Below, piece after piece: positions 8,980 through 18,882 of a DNA stretch of 32,000 bases; position 1 is the first letter of the stretch; every line of letters starts with the position of its first letter. The stretch comes from Proteus phage Stubb. A model generated the notes under the pieces. It was not told where the DNA came from, made no database searches, and saw only the letters and a program-made list of their open reading frames with translations. The translations under genes were made by a program, and so were the position numbers. The DNA is taken from the sequence record MH830339.1. The stretch is one strand, 5' to 3'.

Positions 8980-11501
8980 CTTATATGTATCTCCGAGTTC
9001 TTAAGATCAATCTTCATCTTATAGTTAGCCTCTGGATTAGAGGATAACGCCGCGTCTCTATTATAAATTACGTCAATTCCTGCATTCGCAAAGAAGGCAC
9101 TATCTGCAATCATTTTCTTTGCAGTTATACTACCGTCAACTATCATATTTCCATGAACTAGTAATGCTGCGGCTGCCCACGCACTGCCATTCCATTGACG
9201 AGTAGTTGCATTTGCAGGGTTATTAGATTGGAATTGTGTAAGTACATCATACTTTATAGGAGCACCACCAAAGTTATTTCTAAAGAATGCTGTCGCATCG
9301 GCATCACTCCACGAACCATTAGATCTAGGTTGCGAGTAGAATCCTGGGCCTCTTTGTCCATTAGCACCTGGCTTTCCTGGATCTCCTGGTTTTCCTGGGT
9401 CTCCTGGCTTTCCGTCAACCCCTGCATCAACCCAAGCAGTTGGAATACTTCCTTCTTCCACCTTTGGCTTATATACCTTGGAATAGGTTGTAGTACCCTG
9501 AATATACAGACCAGTGCTTGCACGAGCTACAGTTTTATTGGCAGGAATAGTGTATACCTGATGTCTTACTCCAGAGAACGCCGTGGCTGAGTTATACCAA
9601 CAACCCCAGTACCCAGTAGTACCATCAGTGTACGTTATTGCCATCTCCATACCTATACGATTAGCCCCTCCTCCCGAAGTTATACCATTGGTATCAATCA
9701 TACAAGACATAACCATAGGCTTACCTCTATTTAAGTTTAGAGTCTCCACAGATATATCTCTATCCCCTAGAGGAACACCAACTCGTACAGCAGATGCATT
9801 TTTTGCTTCTGCGGCGATGCCTGCTGTACCAGTAAATAAGTTTAATCCTACTTGATTAGCTGAGGTACCACTCCATTGGGATGGGTTAGAGTAATTCTCA
9901 CCATCTGCAATCTTACTAGTAAAAGGATCTAGAGTACCAGTACTTACCCATATTTTTTGAGTAAAAGGATCACTTATACTAGGGGGTGTCTTAGACCACC
10001 CAGATGGAGGATAATCTTTGGAAGTAGGCGTTGTTGGCTTGTTGGTATCTACTTTATAGATAAATACTGTTAACTTACCCTTTAGACCTTCCTCAAGTGT
10101 AAGTCCGTTAGCTGGATTACCTATTTTAACACTTCCAGAGATAGAAAGCTCGTTCCCATCGTATCTTATATACTTATCCTTATCCCCTATATCTACTTTA
10201 GGCTTACCAGCGTTATCTACACTCATAAAAATTCCTGGAAGTGGACTACCATAGGACTTACCTTGGGTCTTTAAGGCTGGATTTGTTTTCCCATCTAGAT
10301 TAGTAAGTATAAAGTTAGCAGCATAAATGTCTTCTGTTATTACTTTACCATTTATGTTTGTTTGACCAGTATTTGGGTTAACAGTTACTGGTGCGATACC
10401 ATTTGCGTCTAACTCACCTAACTGAACTGCACCAGTCTTAGCATCTATCCTAAAAGTCTGCACCCACTTTTTATCTCTTAATAACCTGCCTAGGATATGG
10501 TAGTTAGTTATATCTATACCTGTCTCATTAGCAAACGTGTTATCTATTTTAGTAGAATCATTAAGTGTAAAGTTGGCTACACTGGACTCAGTTATATTAC
10601 TACCCGCTGTTCCCCAAGTAGTAGCCACAACTTTAAATACACTTGGTACACCCCATGGAAAATTAACTAATACTGCCTGTTGTGTAGCGCCAGTATTTAT
10701 TATAGATGCAGTAGACCATTTAGTTTTATCATATTCTGTTTTAGTAACATAATAGACTACAAAGTCACGTATAGCTGGACCGCTACCCCTATTCCAATCC
10801 CAAGTTAATTTAACATCATACCTAGTTACTCCATCCTTTATTTGTGCCGCCACAAAACCTAAGTTGCTAGGTGCGGTAGGGGGTGTAGTTTTATACGATA
10901 TGTCAAATACTTTAGAGGTACTCCAGCTAGATACATCAGAATCCTGCCCACTAGGAAAGAATATAGTACCACGTACTCTAAATGTATACTTACCAGATTC
11001 GATACCGTTTGCTACTATTACTGGTGCTTGCTCACCTGTATATATTTGGATAGGGCTACCACCAGCTTCAGGTATAGCCTCTATCTCTATATACTCTCCA
11101 TTACCTGTTGTGTGGATATTTAAGTATCTTTGACCTGCTCCAATCTCCACCGTAGTGTACTCAGCCTCCACATTGGTTATCTTTGGTGGCTGTTTAGTAG
11201 TTATTTGGTATGGCTCAGATAGGTTAATCTGTAATTTAGCTTGCAATAGTTCTTCATCTACCATAGAGTCGTAGTATGCTCCCGTAACGCTAGAAGTACC
11301 ACTAGGTAGATTCCTTAATATAACATAAAATTTAGTTATATCAGGTATATTGTTAAATGTCTCAGAGGATCCCTGTGTTGCCCAAAATGCCTTACCTACA
11401 GTGTCTGGGTCGTTATATCCAGAATGGTACAGCAGGGCACTAGTGTACCCAACTGTAGCGGAGTCAATAACCAGTGCCACTGGTGCATCATTCTTAATCA
11501 T
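8976..11501 (-). CDS. Tail-tip protein, pb4-like / J-protein C-terminal-like (841 aa)
   Basis: Fn3-like segment (PPTAPSNLGFVAAQIKDGVTRYDVKLTWDW...), GNMIVDGSITAKKMIADSAFF C-terminal region like phage J proteins, collagen-like GKPGDPGKPGDPGKPGANGQRGP. Confidence 0.75.
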   Translation of the reverse strand: MIKNDAPVALVIDSATVGYTSALLYHSGYNDPDTVGKAFWATQGSSETFNNIPDITKFYVILRNLPSGTSSVTGAYYDSMVDEELLQAKLQINLSEPYQITTKQPPKITNVEAEYTTVEIGAGQRYLNIHTTGNGEYIEIEAIPEAGGSPIQIYTGEQAPVIVANGIESGKYTFRVRGTIFFPSGQDSDVSSWSTSKVFDISYKTTPPTAPSNLGFVAAQIKDGVTRYDVKLTWDWNRGSGPAIRDFVVYYVTKTEYDKTKWSTASIINTGATQQAVLVNFPWGVPSVFKVVATTWGTAGSNITESSVANFTLNDSTKIDNTFANETGIDITNYHILGRLLRDKKWVQTFRIDAKTGAVQLGELDANGIAPVTVNPNTGQTNINGKVITEDIYAANFILTNLDGKTNPALKTQGKSYGSPLPGIFMSVDNAGKPKVDIGDKDKYIRYDGNELSISGSVKIGNPANGLTLEEGLKGKLTVFIYKVDTNKPTTPTSKDYPPSGWSKTPPSISDPFTQKIWVSTGTLDPFTSKIADGENYSNPSQWSGTSANQVGLNLFTGTAGIAAEAKNASAVRVGVPLGDRDISVETLNLNRGKPMVMSCMIDTNGITSGGGANRIGMEMAITYTDGTTGYWGCWYNSATAFSGVRHQVYTIPANKTVARASTGLYIQGTTTYSKVYKPKVEEGSIPTAWVDAGVDGKPGDPGKPGDPGKPGANGQRGPGFYSQPRSNGSWSDADATAFFRNNFGGAPIKYDVLTQFQSNNPANATTRQWNGSAWAAAALLVHGNMIVDGSITAKKMIADSAFFANAGIDVIYNRDAALSSNPEANYKMKIDLKNSEIHIR
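9341..9417 (-). other. Collagen-like Gly-X-Y stretch encoded in the pb4-like gene
   Basis: Translation DGKPGDPGKPGDPGKPGANGQRGPGF. Confidence 0.9.
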
Positions 11502-14370
11502 CTATATATGTCCATTGTACTGAGGACTCACCATTGATGCCCTCTGCTCTTACTCTAACGTCTAGATTACGGTATACCCCTGGAGTACCTTCACGTATCC
11601 CGTACTCTTTTCTATTATCAGCGTAAGTAAATATATGCCTATTCCCATTAGTTGTCTTGCCATCATAGATAGTCTCATGGTTAGTTGGGTGCAGTACCTG
11701 AAACCTGTAAAATAAATCAGGTATTTCATTATTAACTTCTTCAGAGATTCTATCCCACTTAGCAAGAACATCTTTACCAATCCACTCGTTTAATGAGTTA
11801 GGTGCTCTATTAAGTAATGTTAGGTTCTGTACTTTATTAAGGTTTACCGCTGCGTTTATATCTACTACAAGTACTGCTGGGGAACTCCTTCTACCATACA
11901 TGTCTACAGCCCTAACCTCTATCGTATAAGTATCTGGAGCCATCCCCTTTAATTCCATAACTATATATGAATCTAGAGACTCCCCGTTGTTAGTAACAAT
12001 TCTAGGGTCTACCTCACCAGATATTTTTACAGTATAGTATATAATAGAGGATGTAGTGCTAGGCTTCCACCTAAGATCCCCATTTTTGCCTATAACATTA
12101 TCAGGGCTTAGTGGTTTATCAATGTATGGAACATACTCTAAACTTCTTGGTGGTGTTACTAGTGTCTCCCAGGTTGGTGGAGCACTAGTATCTTGCTCTA
12201 CTTGCTCAGAGTTAATGAATACAGACTTATCTCTTTCTATTAATGTAAGTTCTATCTTTCCACCAATAGTATTAGATACTGTCTTAACTAAGAAGTATTT
12301 ATCCTTCCACCCATATCTCTCGTAAGTAAATGCTATAGCATCATTTACCTCTATACCCAACATATAGTAAGGGACAGTTAGTTTTAACTCCCTAGCATAC
12401 CTAGATCTTTTTAATTCCCTAGCTGCCACAGACCTTGCACAGTAGTAGTTAGTTATATATGCGAACGACAGATTCATTCGCTTGTCTAATCCTCTGTCCT
12501 CTTTCTTAAACTCTGAATTAAAGAACGATACTGAGTTAGTTTTCCATCCTAGACCGGGGTCTACTATACTTGCCTGCACCGAGTTATACTTGTTCCTAGC
12601 AGTTACATCTTGCAATTCTAAATTTCCTATAGTATCATTAAAATGTAGCTTTCTTGGATTACTATCATAAGATTCCGTTGTTATACGATACTCCCCTGCA
12701 AAATTATTTAGTGCACCCGAAAACGCCTCTAACATACTTTCGATATTTTTAAACACAGAAGTAGACGTTTCTAAAATAACGTTGGTCTGTATCATTTGTC
12801 TATTTTCAGCTGATTGATTTGTCCATCCTATGTATCTCCAGTAGGATAGCCAATCCGATTCATAAGACGTATCTATAGTATCTAGAAGTTTGGCAGTTCT
12901 AAGCGTAAAATCTATGGGTATCTTACTAAGTGGAATACCTGCCCCATATATAGGAGATCTCATATAATCTACTAATTGCCATACAGGATTGAGACTAGTT
13001 TTACTATCATCAAACGTTCCGTCAGAATTATATACTCTAACTTTTTTACCTTGTATAGTGGCTGATACCTCTGGTATGTCGGTTCTATTCTCGTTTATAG
13101 TAAATCGAACTACAGCATACGCAGTATCTAGTAATCTAAATCTACTATCCCAGTACCCTTCCTTATGCTCTAGCTCACTCTGTAGTAGAAACCCTTCTTT
13201 TGCTGCAATATCTACCAAGACTTTAGATGCTTCTTGGTCAGATTTACCATGATACACCCACATAGTAATATCACCATTACCATCATCATACTCGTACCTT
13301 TCACCATGTACGGTCGGGGATGTTGTTGGTATTCCACTGGCTAATCTATGCATGGTGTCTCCAGCAAATCTCTTCCTACCAAAGCATGTACGATCTTCAC
13401 TATCTTTGTCGTCATAGCATATCATTGGTGTATCACCGAAAGCAAAGTCTAGGAAACCGTCTATCTCGCCTTCTGCAAATGCATACACTACGTATACTAT
13501 ATTTGGATCATCTTTTAAAGTATCAGCGAACACAGGTATTCCAGGAATATGCTGTACACCATATACGACTGGTATAAACTTAGCCGTAAGGTTAAAGTCT
13601 ATGTCTATTTCTTTGGTTACAGTTTCATAGTACTCCTCAAGAGAGTATGATTTACTAAGCCCAAATAGGCGCTTCTTAGTCTTCATTCTGTAACGTTTCT
13701 CTTGGGTCTGATATTTTGCCAATATAGTGACAGACTTGTTAGAGTGGAAGAATCCTAGATCTTCCTTATACTCATCCTTTTTAGCAGAACTAGTGGCAAC
13801 TAACTTTCCGTCTATAATCTCCAGTCCTCTATGAGTAGCATCATCAGTTAATCTACCATTTACCTGTTCGAAATCATAGAATTCATTTGCACACGTCCAA
13901 ACGATACTAGAAGTGCTTGCTGAGGAATTGCCCTCACCCTTGCCTTCTTTTATGCTACCAGCGGTTATTTTACCAGAGAAGAACAATATTGGGCCGTTGG
14001 TTTCGGAGTCTACTGGAAGTATTGTTCCATCTGGCTTAATTATTGCTTGATATATAGTTACTTGTCTATCTATAAAGGATACGCCATCCCTTACTAATCT
14101 AAATACTTCATCTGAGTCGACACCAGATAATGTGAATGTAACGTTACCAACTGTTAACTTAGTATCTTGTCTGTGCGCTGACACTGATTTTAATTTACCA
14201 CTCAAGTATGGTATATTATTAAATACTAAGTCTCTTGGGTAGTCAGTATAGTGCACGTATTGAGGAGTACCTCCGGCACTTGGGAGTTCCATCATAAGTA
14301 GACTAGCTACTTTAATATTATTATCTGGATCAGTTAAATACTCTCTTGCGCTAGGAAGTACTTCTTTCAT
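11494..14370 (-). CDS. Baseplate hub protein, T5 pb3-like (958 aa)
   Basis: Large hub/J-like protein directly after Dit, C-terminal Fn3-like domains, size and position as in T5 pb3. RBS AGGAG upstream of ATG 14370. Confidence 0.8.
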   Translation of the reverse strand: MKEVLPSAREYLTDPDNNIKVASLLMMELPSAGGTPQYVHYTDYPRDLVFNNIPYLSGKLKSVSAHRQDTKLTVGNVTFTLSGVDSDEVFRLVRDGVSFIDRQVTIYQAIIKPDGTILPVDSETNGPILFFSGKITAGSIKEGKGEGNSSASTSSIVWTCANEFYDFEQVNGRLTDDATHRGLEIIDGKLVATSSAKKDEYKEDLGFFHSNKSVTILAKYQTQEKRYRMKTKKRLFGLSKSYSLEEYYETVTKEIDIDFNLTAKFIPVVYGVQHIPGIPVFADTLKDDPNIVYVVYAFAEGEIDGFLDFAFGDTPMICYDDKDSEDRTCFGRKRFAGDTMHRLASGIPTTSPTVHGERYEYDDGNGDITMWVYHGKSDQEASKVLVDIAAKEGFLLQSELEHKEGYWDSRFRLLDTAYAVVRFTINENRTDIPEVSATIQGKKVRVYNSDGTFDDSKTSLNPVWQLVDYMRSPIYGAGIPLSKIPIDFTLRTAKLLDTIDTSYESDWLSYWRYIGWTNQSAENRQMIQTNVILETSTSVFKNIESMLEAFSGALNNFAGEYRITTESYDSNPRKLHFNDTIGNLELQDVTARNKYNSVQASIVDPGLGWKTNSVSFFNSEFKKEDRGLDKRMNLSFAYITNYYCARSVAARELKRSRYARELKLTVPYYMLGIEVNDAIAFTYERYGWKDKYFLVKTVSNTIGGKIELTLIERDKSVFINSEQVEQDTSAPPTWETLVTPPRSLEYVPYIDKPLSPDNVIGKNGDLRWKPSTTSSIIYYTVKISGEVDPRIVTNNGESLDSYIVMELKGMAPDTYTIEVRAVDMYGRRSSPAVLVVDINAAVNLNKVQNLTLLNRAPNSLNEWIGKDVLAKWDRISEEVNNEIPDLFYRFQVLHPTNHETIYDGKTTNGNRHIFTYADNRKEYGIREGTPGVYRNLDVRVRAEGINGESSVQWTYIDD

Positions 14371-14984
14371 TATTTGCTCCTACTTTCTCTAAACTGCAAT
14401 GTTACAGCTTCATACACGCCATCTGGTGTTAGTGTACTATTCCAGTTATCTATATTGGTTATCTTTGTTTGGAACAGGATGCCATGGAATTGGGGTTTGG
14501 ATGATTTACTTGGTAGTACTACTAGCTCAGGGTATATACCTATCTTTATAGAGTTTTCCCCCGTTCGTGTTACTTCTGTTATTTTATATATCTTATAGTT
14601 ATTAGATAACTTAAATAAATCACCTACCTCTGGTAGTCCTGTTAGCTTAGGTATGTTAAGTACAAGCTCGGAGTTATTAGACCCTACAGCTACTGTGGCA
14701 TTAACAAAATCCCCCATAGCTCTACTACCCTCAAACTGAGGTAATAACACATCCATAAAACCACCACTACTTTTATACCTAAGTATGGCAGACTCTAATA
14801 TTCTAAATTCATCTTCAAATAGTTCAGTATATTTTAACTCGAATGACCAATACTGACCTTTATTCCTAACCTCAAACACCGTGTTATCTGGCATCTCATC
14901 TCTAAGCACCGGGTCGTTATCTACTAAGGTAACTCTCTCGAATCCCGGAGCACGACTATCTGTGTATGGATCTGGAAGTCTCAT
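14370..14984 (-). CDS. Distal tail protein, T5 pb9-like (Dit)
   Basis: MRLPDPYTDSRAPGFERVTLVDNDPVLRDEMPD resembles the T5 pb9 N-terminus from memory. RBS TAGGAGAG precedes ATG 14984; the longer track ORF (to 15032) is probably over-extended. Confidence 0.82.
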   Translation of the reverse strand: MRLPDPYTDSRAPGFERVTLVDNDPVLRDEMPDNTVFEVRNKGQYWSFELKYTELFEDEFRILESAILRYKSSGGFMDVLLPQFEGSRAMGDFVNATVAVGSNNSELVLNIPKLTGLPEVGDLFKLSNNYKIYKITEVTRTGENSIKIGIYPELVVLPSKSSKPQFHGILFQTKITNIDNWNSTLTPDGVYEAVTLQFRESRSK

Positions 14985-15020
14985 ATAATACTCTCCTATA
15001 AAATCTGTTTGTATATACTT

Positions 15021-15049
15021 ATTATATACCATATTTTAAAAAATTTCAA
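15021..15049 (-). promoter_or_regulatory. Sigma70-like promoter TTGAAA-N17-TATAAT driving the Dit-hub-fibre genes
   Basis: Minus strand: TTGAAA (15049-15044), 17-bp spacer, TATAAT (15026-15021), 37 bp before the start codon at 14984. Confidence 0.75.
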
Positions 15050-15075
15050 GAAAATTTTTTATTACAAACAAATAA

Positions 15076-15092
15076 AGGGGCATATAGCCCCT
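15076..15092 (-). terminator. Hairpin AGGGGC-TATAT-GCCCCT followed by TTATTTGTTTG after the tape measure stop
   Basis: 6-bp GC stem 4 bp downstream of the stop codon; T-rich but interrupted tract. Confidence 0.55.
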
Positions 15093-15096
15093 ATTA

Positions 15097-18000
15097 TTAG
15101 TACAAAGTTTTTCCTTCGTTATTCAATTGAGACTCAACTGTTAACGCGACGGACTCCCCATGTCTTGTTAGGAAAGAGGAGAAGGATTCAGAATCCATAG
15201 CCTGTATGATAAAGGTATTACCACCACTAGAGGATTGAGAAGAATTATTACTAGAATTATCATTCCTATCTACTCTAGTAGGTACTACAGGGGATTTAAA
15301 CTCTACACCTTTCTCATTAAGTTGGTATCCAACCCCAGGGAGCATTAGACCACCTGCTGCCCTAGGTATAAAGTTTTGTATGCTACCAGTACCACGGTCA
15401 CCTGCCATGTACTTAGCCTCCCCAGCATTTGCCCCCTTAGATACATCTACATTATTGTCACGTTTACCTAATCTAAGGTACCCAGTTTGGCTACCACCTG
15501 CGTCTATACTAGGAGATACTGGGTTAGACGCTTGCGAGTAAGCCATCATACCAGCTGCGGCTGCCGCCACCATTAGAGGTATTGACCAAGGGTAGGGTAC
15601 GGCATTAGCTGCGTTCATTACAGCCATTGCAGTTTGAATAAGGATCTGTTTCTTAGCTGCGTCTTGTTGTATCTTAACCTTTTCAGCTTCAAGTTTTTTG
15701 ATCTTATTCTTAGATTCCTCAGACTTACCATCCCTAGCGTGCTCCGCTTTAATAGCATTATCTATTGCGGATACTTGCTGTTTGGTAGCCATAGCTATAC
15801 CACTAGAGACTAACTGCATCCCTGCGGATATCATACCTACTGTATCTAAGCTACCCTCAGCAAACAGCATAACTGAGTTAATAGTATTACCTAGATTTGT
15901 AGCTAAGTCAGTGGCTTCTTGATTTATAGATCTTAGGCTCGATAATGCACTTGCATATGCATCCTGCTTATTCTGCATTTCTTGCATACTCTTCTGATCA
16001 TCCGACATACCATACGTGGTATTGTATGTTCCGCCTAGTAAAGAAGATGGCGCATTTCTGAACCCACGCTCTCTTTCTTCATTCAACCTATCCAACTGCA
16101 TCTGAGCTACTTCAATAGCATTACTATACTTAAGAACCTGTTCGGTATCTGCTTCCCAACCATTAAGACTATTCATATAGTCGTCTAGCTCTTGTTTAGC
16201 TTTCAGAACAGATATTACACCACTTTCAACATCAGATAAGGCTTGGGCTTCTAATATAGCGAACTTCCTGCTAGTTTCATTAACCATTATCTTGTTAATA
16301 TAAGACTGACCCAACTTATCTAGATCTCTTTGAATTTGTACTTCTTCAAGAACCGCATCATTAAGTTCTTTCTGCTTCTTAATATTACCAGTATAGAACT
16401 TAACCTTTTGCTTAGCTATATCCAACTCATCCATCTTAAGCTTAATTGCTAATTGATCTTCAGTGAATGATCTGTCCTTTAACAGTAACATCTTCATCTC
16501 ATAGTCAGCAATAAACTTAGACTCTTTGTTCATCTTTTGTTGGGATAGTATTTGCTGGGTTTTAAGATCATATATTTGAGCCTCTATAGCATTAGCCTGC
16601 GATGCTAAAGACTTCCTATCTGCTTCTGTGGCTGCGATTTCCTGCTCTGCTCTAAGGGTGTTTAACTTAGTCTGTAAATCACGCTGTGCAATCTCAGATC
16701 TCTTAGCAGACACACCAGCACTATTTCTAGTCTGTAGTGCGTAATTGTAGAGTTCTTTCGCATCTGACAGTGCATTTGCATTATCAGAGTCCATGAGCCC
16801 TTGTAAGGTTTGAAGTGATAATAACTGTGCTTTAATAGTATCTAATACTCCAACTGTTAGCCCTGCTTTTTCAGCAACTATCCCGAACTTATCACCAACC
16901 AATTGAGTACCCAAGCTAACTGCGTTTAAAGCAGTATTAATACTTGTTATACCTGCCTGTATCTTGGCTGGGTTAGATACATCAGCAAAAGCTTCAGATA
17001 TGTTTGTTTTCATATCCTTGGAGCTTTGAGTAATATCCTTTAATGCGGGGCTTATCGCTTCCAGTAGTTCAGCATTAAACATCTTGTCTAAGCCTTGCTG
17101 ACCAGGAATATCTGACTCCATCATTACTATCATATCTGCAAATTCTTTACCAAATGCTTCTGATAGTGACCTATGTAGCTGAGCAGCAGTATTTTTGGCG
17201 GATTGCATAGCTTCGTCATATGCTTCCAACGCATTAGTACTCTTCCTGAACGCGATCTCTGTTTCATGCGCTTGGTCGATTAATGCTCTGGTCTGACTAT
17301 CTAAACCAACGTTTATACCTGTATAGGATTTTATCTCTTGGTAGAACTTTGTTAGTTGGAAGTCTCGCATTAGTGGGTTAGCACTATCTAACTTATTACG
17401 CTTAGCTAGAGCCTCGTTTAGTCTTTCTTCTTCAGACCGTATTTCCTTAGTTAGTTTTAGTATCTCATCACTAGTATTATAAGCCAATGTAAGGTTTGCG
17501 GTAACATCCGAAGAGGAAGCCTTTTTAGATGACTCTTCTAATGCTTTTAAGCTATTAGCTAGAGCTACTGGCTGAGCATTTAATGCTGTCTCTATCATCT
17601 CTACTGCTGGCAGGAAGTGGTCTGCAACTACAGTAAGAAATCTCTTACCTGCCCCCTCTAATGAGGCTGTAAGTCTTTCATAGTTAGATGCTGATTTTAT
17701 AGCATCATCCAACTTGCCATAGTTATCTGTTGACTGCTTAACCATTGCATCAAGTATAGCCATCTTTTTCTGGTTAGTAGTAAGATTCTGGGAGTTAGCT
17801 TGTATTGCTGGGTTAATCTCATTTAACTTGGTAGCATATGCTGAATAAGCGTCAACTAACCTAAAGGTTAACCCTGCTCCGTCTAAGCTAGCAGAGTTAA
17901 GCTTTGCAGTACCTTCCATTATCCTATTAATAGCATCGTCTGTGGAGGTAAAGCCTGCGGCTGCCTGTCTTGACGCAATCATACCTATGGTCTTTAATTG

Positions 18001-18795
18001 ATCGGAATCAAAACCATACTGAGAGGCTTTTACAGCTTTCTCCATTGCGTTCTCAAAACTAAGTGCCCCATTAGTCGCCTCTACTAAAGAGTTTGCTAAT
18101 ACTTGTACAGGTGTACCTGTTTGTGCACCAAGAGCAATACCTATCTTCTGTAGTCTTGCTGTTTGTTCCCCTAACTTAGCCATACGGAATGCCTGCCCTA
18201 GAGCGAACACGTTAGACGCAATCATACCATATAACATAGGCAACTTACCAGTAACCATAGATAACGCTGCGAAATCACGCGTAGCACCTCTCGCAGCACC
18301 TGAGGTATCTCCAACTGAACGAATGAAGCGTCTAAAATCTTTATCAGATAGCTTTGCCTTGTCCCCAGCTATCTTTATTTCTCTACCCATGTCTTTAATA
18401 GCATCGGTTGACCTATCGGCAGATGCCACTATATTATTCTCTGCTTTGTTGACTTGGTTAGCTATTGTCTGCATACCTACTTTAGAGGCGTCCGAAGCAT
18501 TATCTATTGCTAGCTCTACTCTCTCAATAGCTCTGACCATCTTTTCCATAACTCCTGTTATTTTGTCCATACCAGGAATTTTTATATTACTTAAAGTCTG
18601 TCCAGCCTTGTTTCCAGCACGCTCTATAAGAACAAGCTGTTTAGCCATTTGACTAAATTCATTATTAGCTAATTCTGCACCAGCTGAGGCATCTTCTAGT
18701 GCCTTAGCTAGTTGTTGAACATCCTTAGCTGCCTTTGCGGAACCCTTTTGCTTTATCTCAACAACTAGTTCCCTGATTACCTTATCTGATGCCAT
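15097..18795 (-). CDS. Tape measure protein, T5 pb2-like (1232 aa)
   Basis: Very long alpha-helical/coiled-coil protein between chaperone candidates and Dit; hydrophobic segments near the C-terminus. Confidence 0.9.
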   Translation of the reverse strand: MASDKVIRELVVEIKQKGSAKAAKDVQQLAKALEDASAGAELANNEFSQMAKQLVLIERAGNKAGQTLSNIKIPGMDKITGVMEKMVRAIERVELAIDNASDASKVGMQTIANQVNKAENNIVASADRSTDAIKDMGREIKIAGDKAKLSDKDFRRFIRSVGDTSGAARGATRDFAALSMVTGKLPMLYGMIASNVFALGQAFRMAKLGEQTARLQKIGIALGAQTGTPVQVLANSLVEATNGALSFENAMEKAVKASQYGFDSDQLKTIGMIASRQAAAGFTSTDDAINRIMEGTAKLNSASLDGAGLTFRLVDAYSAYATKLNEINPAIQANSQNLTTNQKKMAILDAMVKQSTDNYGKLDDAIKSASNYERLTASLEGAGKRFLTVVADHFLPAVEMIETALNAQPVALANSLKALEESSKKASSSDVTANLTLAYNTSDEILKLTKEIRSEEERLNEALAKRNKLDSANPLMRDFQLTKFYQEIKSYTGINVGLDSQTRALIDQAHETEIAFRKSTNALEAYDEAMQSAKNTAAQLHRSLSEAFGKEFADMIVMMESDIPGQQGLDKMFNAELLEAISPALKDITQSSKDMKTNISEAFADVSNPAKIQAGITSINTALNAVSLGTQLVGDKFGIVAEKAGLTVGVLDTIKAQLLSLQTLQGLMDSDNANALSDAKELYNYALQTRNSAGVSAKRSEIAQRDLQTKLNTLRAEQEIAATEADRKSLASQANAIEAQIYDLKTQQILSQQKMNKESKFIADYEMKMLLLKDRSFTEDQLAIKLKMDELDIAKQKVKFYTGNIKKQKELNDAVLEEVQIQRDLDKLGQSYINKIMVNETSRKFAILEAQALSDVESGVISVLKAKQELDDYMNSLNGWEADTEQVLKYSNAIEVAQMQLDRLNEERERGFRNAPSSLLGGTYNTTYGMSDDQKSMQEMQNKQDAYASALSSLRSINQEATDLATNLGNTINSVMLFAEGSLDTVGMISAGMQLVSSGIAMATKQQVSAIDNAIKAEHARDGKSEESKNKIKKLEAEKVKIQQDAAKKQILIQTAMAVMNAANAVPYPWSIPLMVAAAAAGMMAYSQASNPVSPSIDAGGSQTGYLRLGKRDNNVDVSKGANAGEAKYMAGDRGTGSIQNFIPRAAGGLMLPGVGYQLNEKGVEFKSPVVPTRVDRNDNSSNNSSQSSSGGNTFIIQAMDSESFSSFLTRHGESVALTVESQLNNEGKTLY

Positions 18796-18810
18796 TTGAA
18801 TTTCACCTAT

Positions 18811-18842
18811 AAAAAAGCTCTAGACGCTTTCACGCCTAGAGC
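18811..18842 (-). terminator. Intrinsic terminator GCTCTAGGCG-TGAAAG-CGTCTAGAGC-TTTTTT between the chaperone ORFs and the tape measure gene
   Basis: 10-bp stem in minus-strand RNA (one G-U pair, a mismatch in plus-strand RNA) followed by T6. Confidence 0.85.
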
Positions 18843-18882
18843 AAAGCCCTCTCGTGGAACGCCCAGTGGAGGAAATTTAGAA

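Noticed and set aside
9195-9590. + strand 131-aa ORF and minus 89-aa alternate-frame ORF at 9254-9523
   Set aside because: Both lie over the collagen-like repeat of the pb4-like gene; repetitive codons keep other frames open by chance.
14985-15032. Longer N-terminus of the Dit protein
   Set aside because: It overlaps the -10 element and RBS; ATG 14984 with AGGAGAG upstream gives the expected MRLPDPYTD start.
18323-18652. + strand 109-aa ORF inside the tape measure gene
   Set aside because: Antisense shadow of a well-supported coding region, Ser/Leu/Ala/Ile low-complexity composition, no promoter or recognisable domain.
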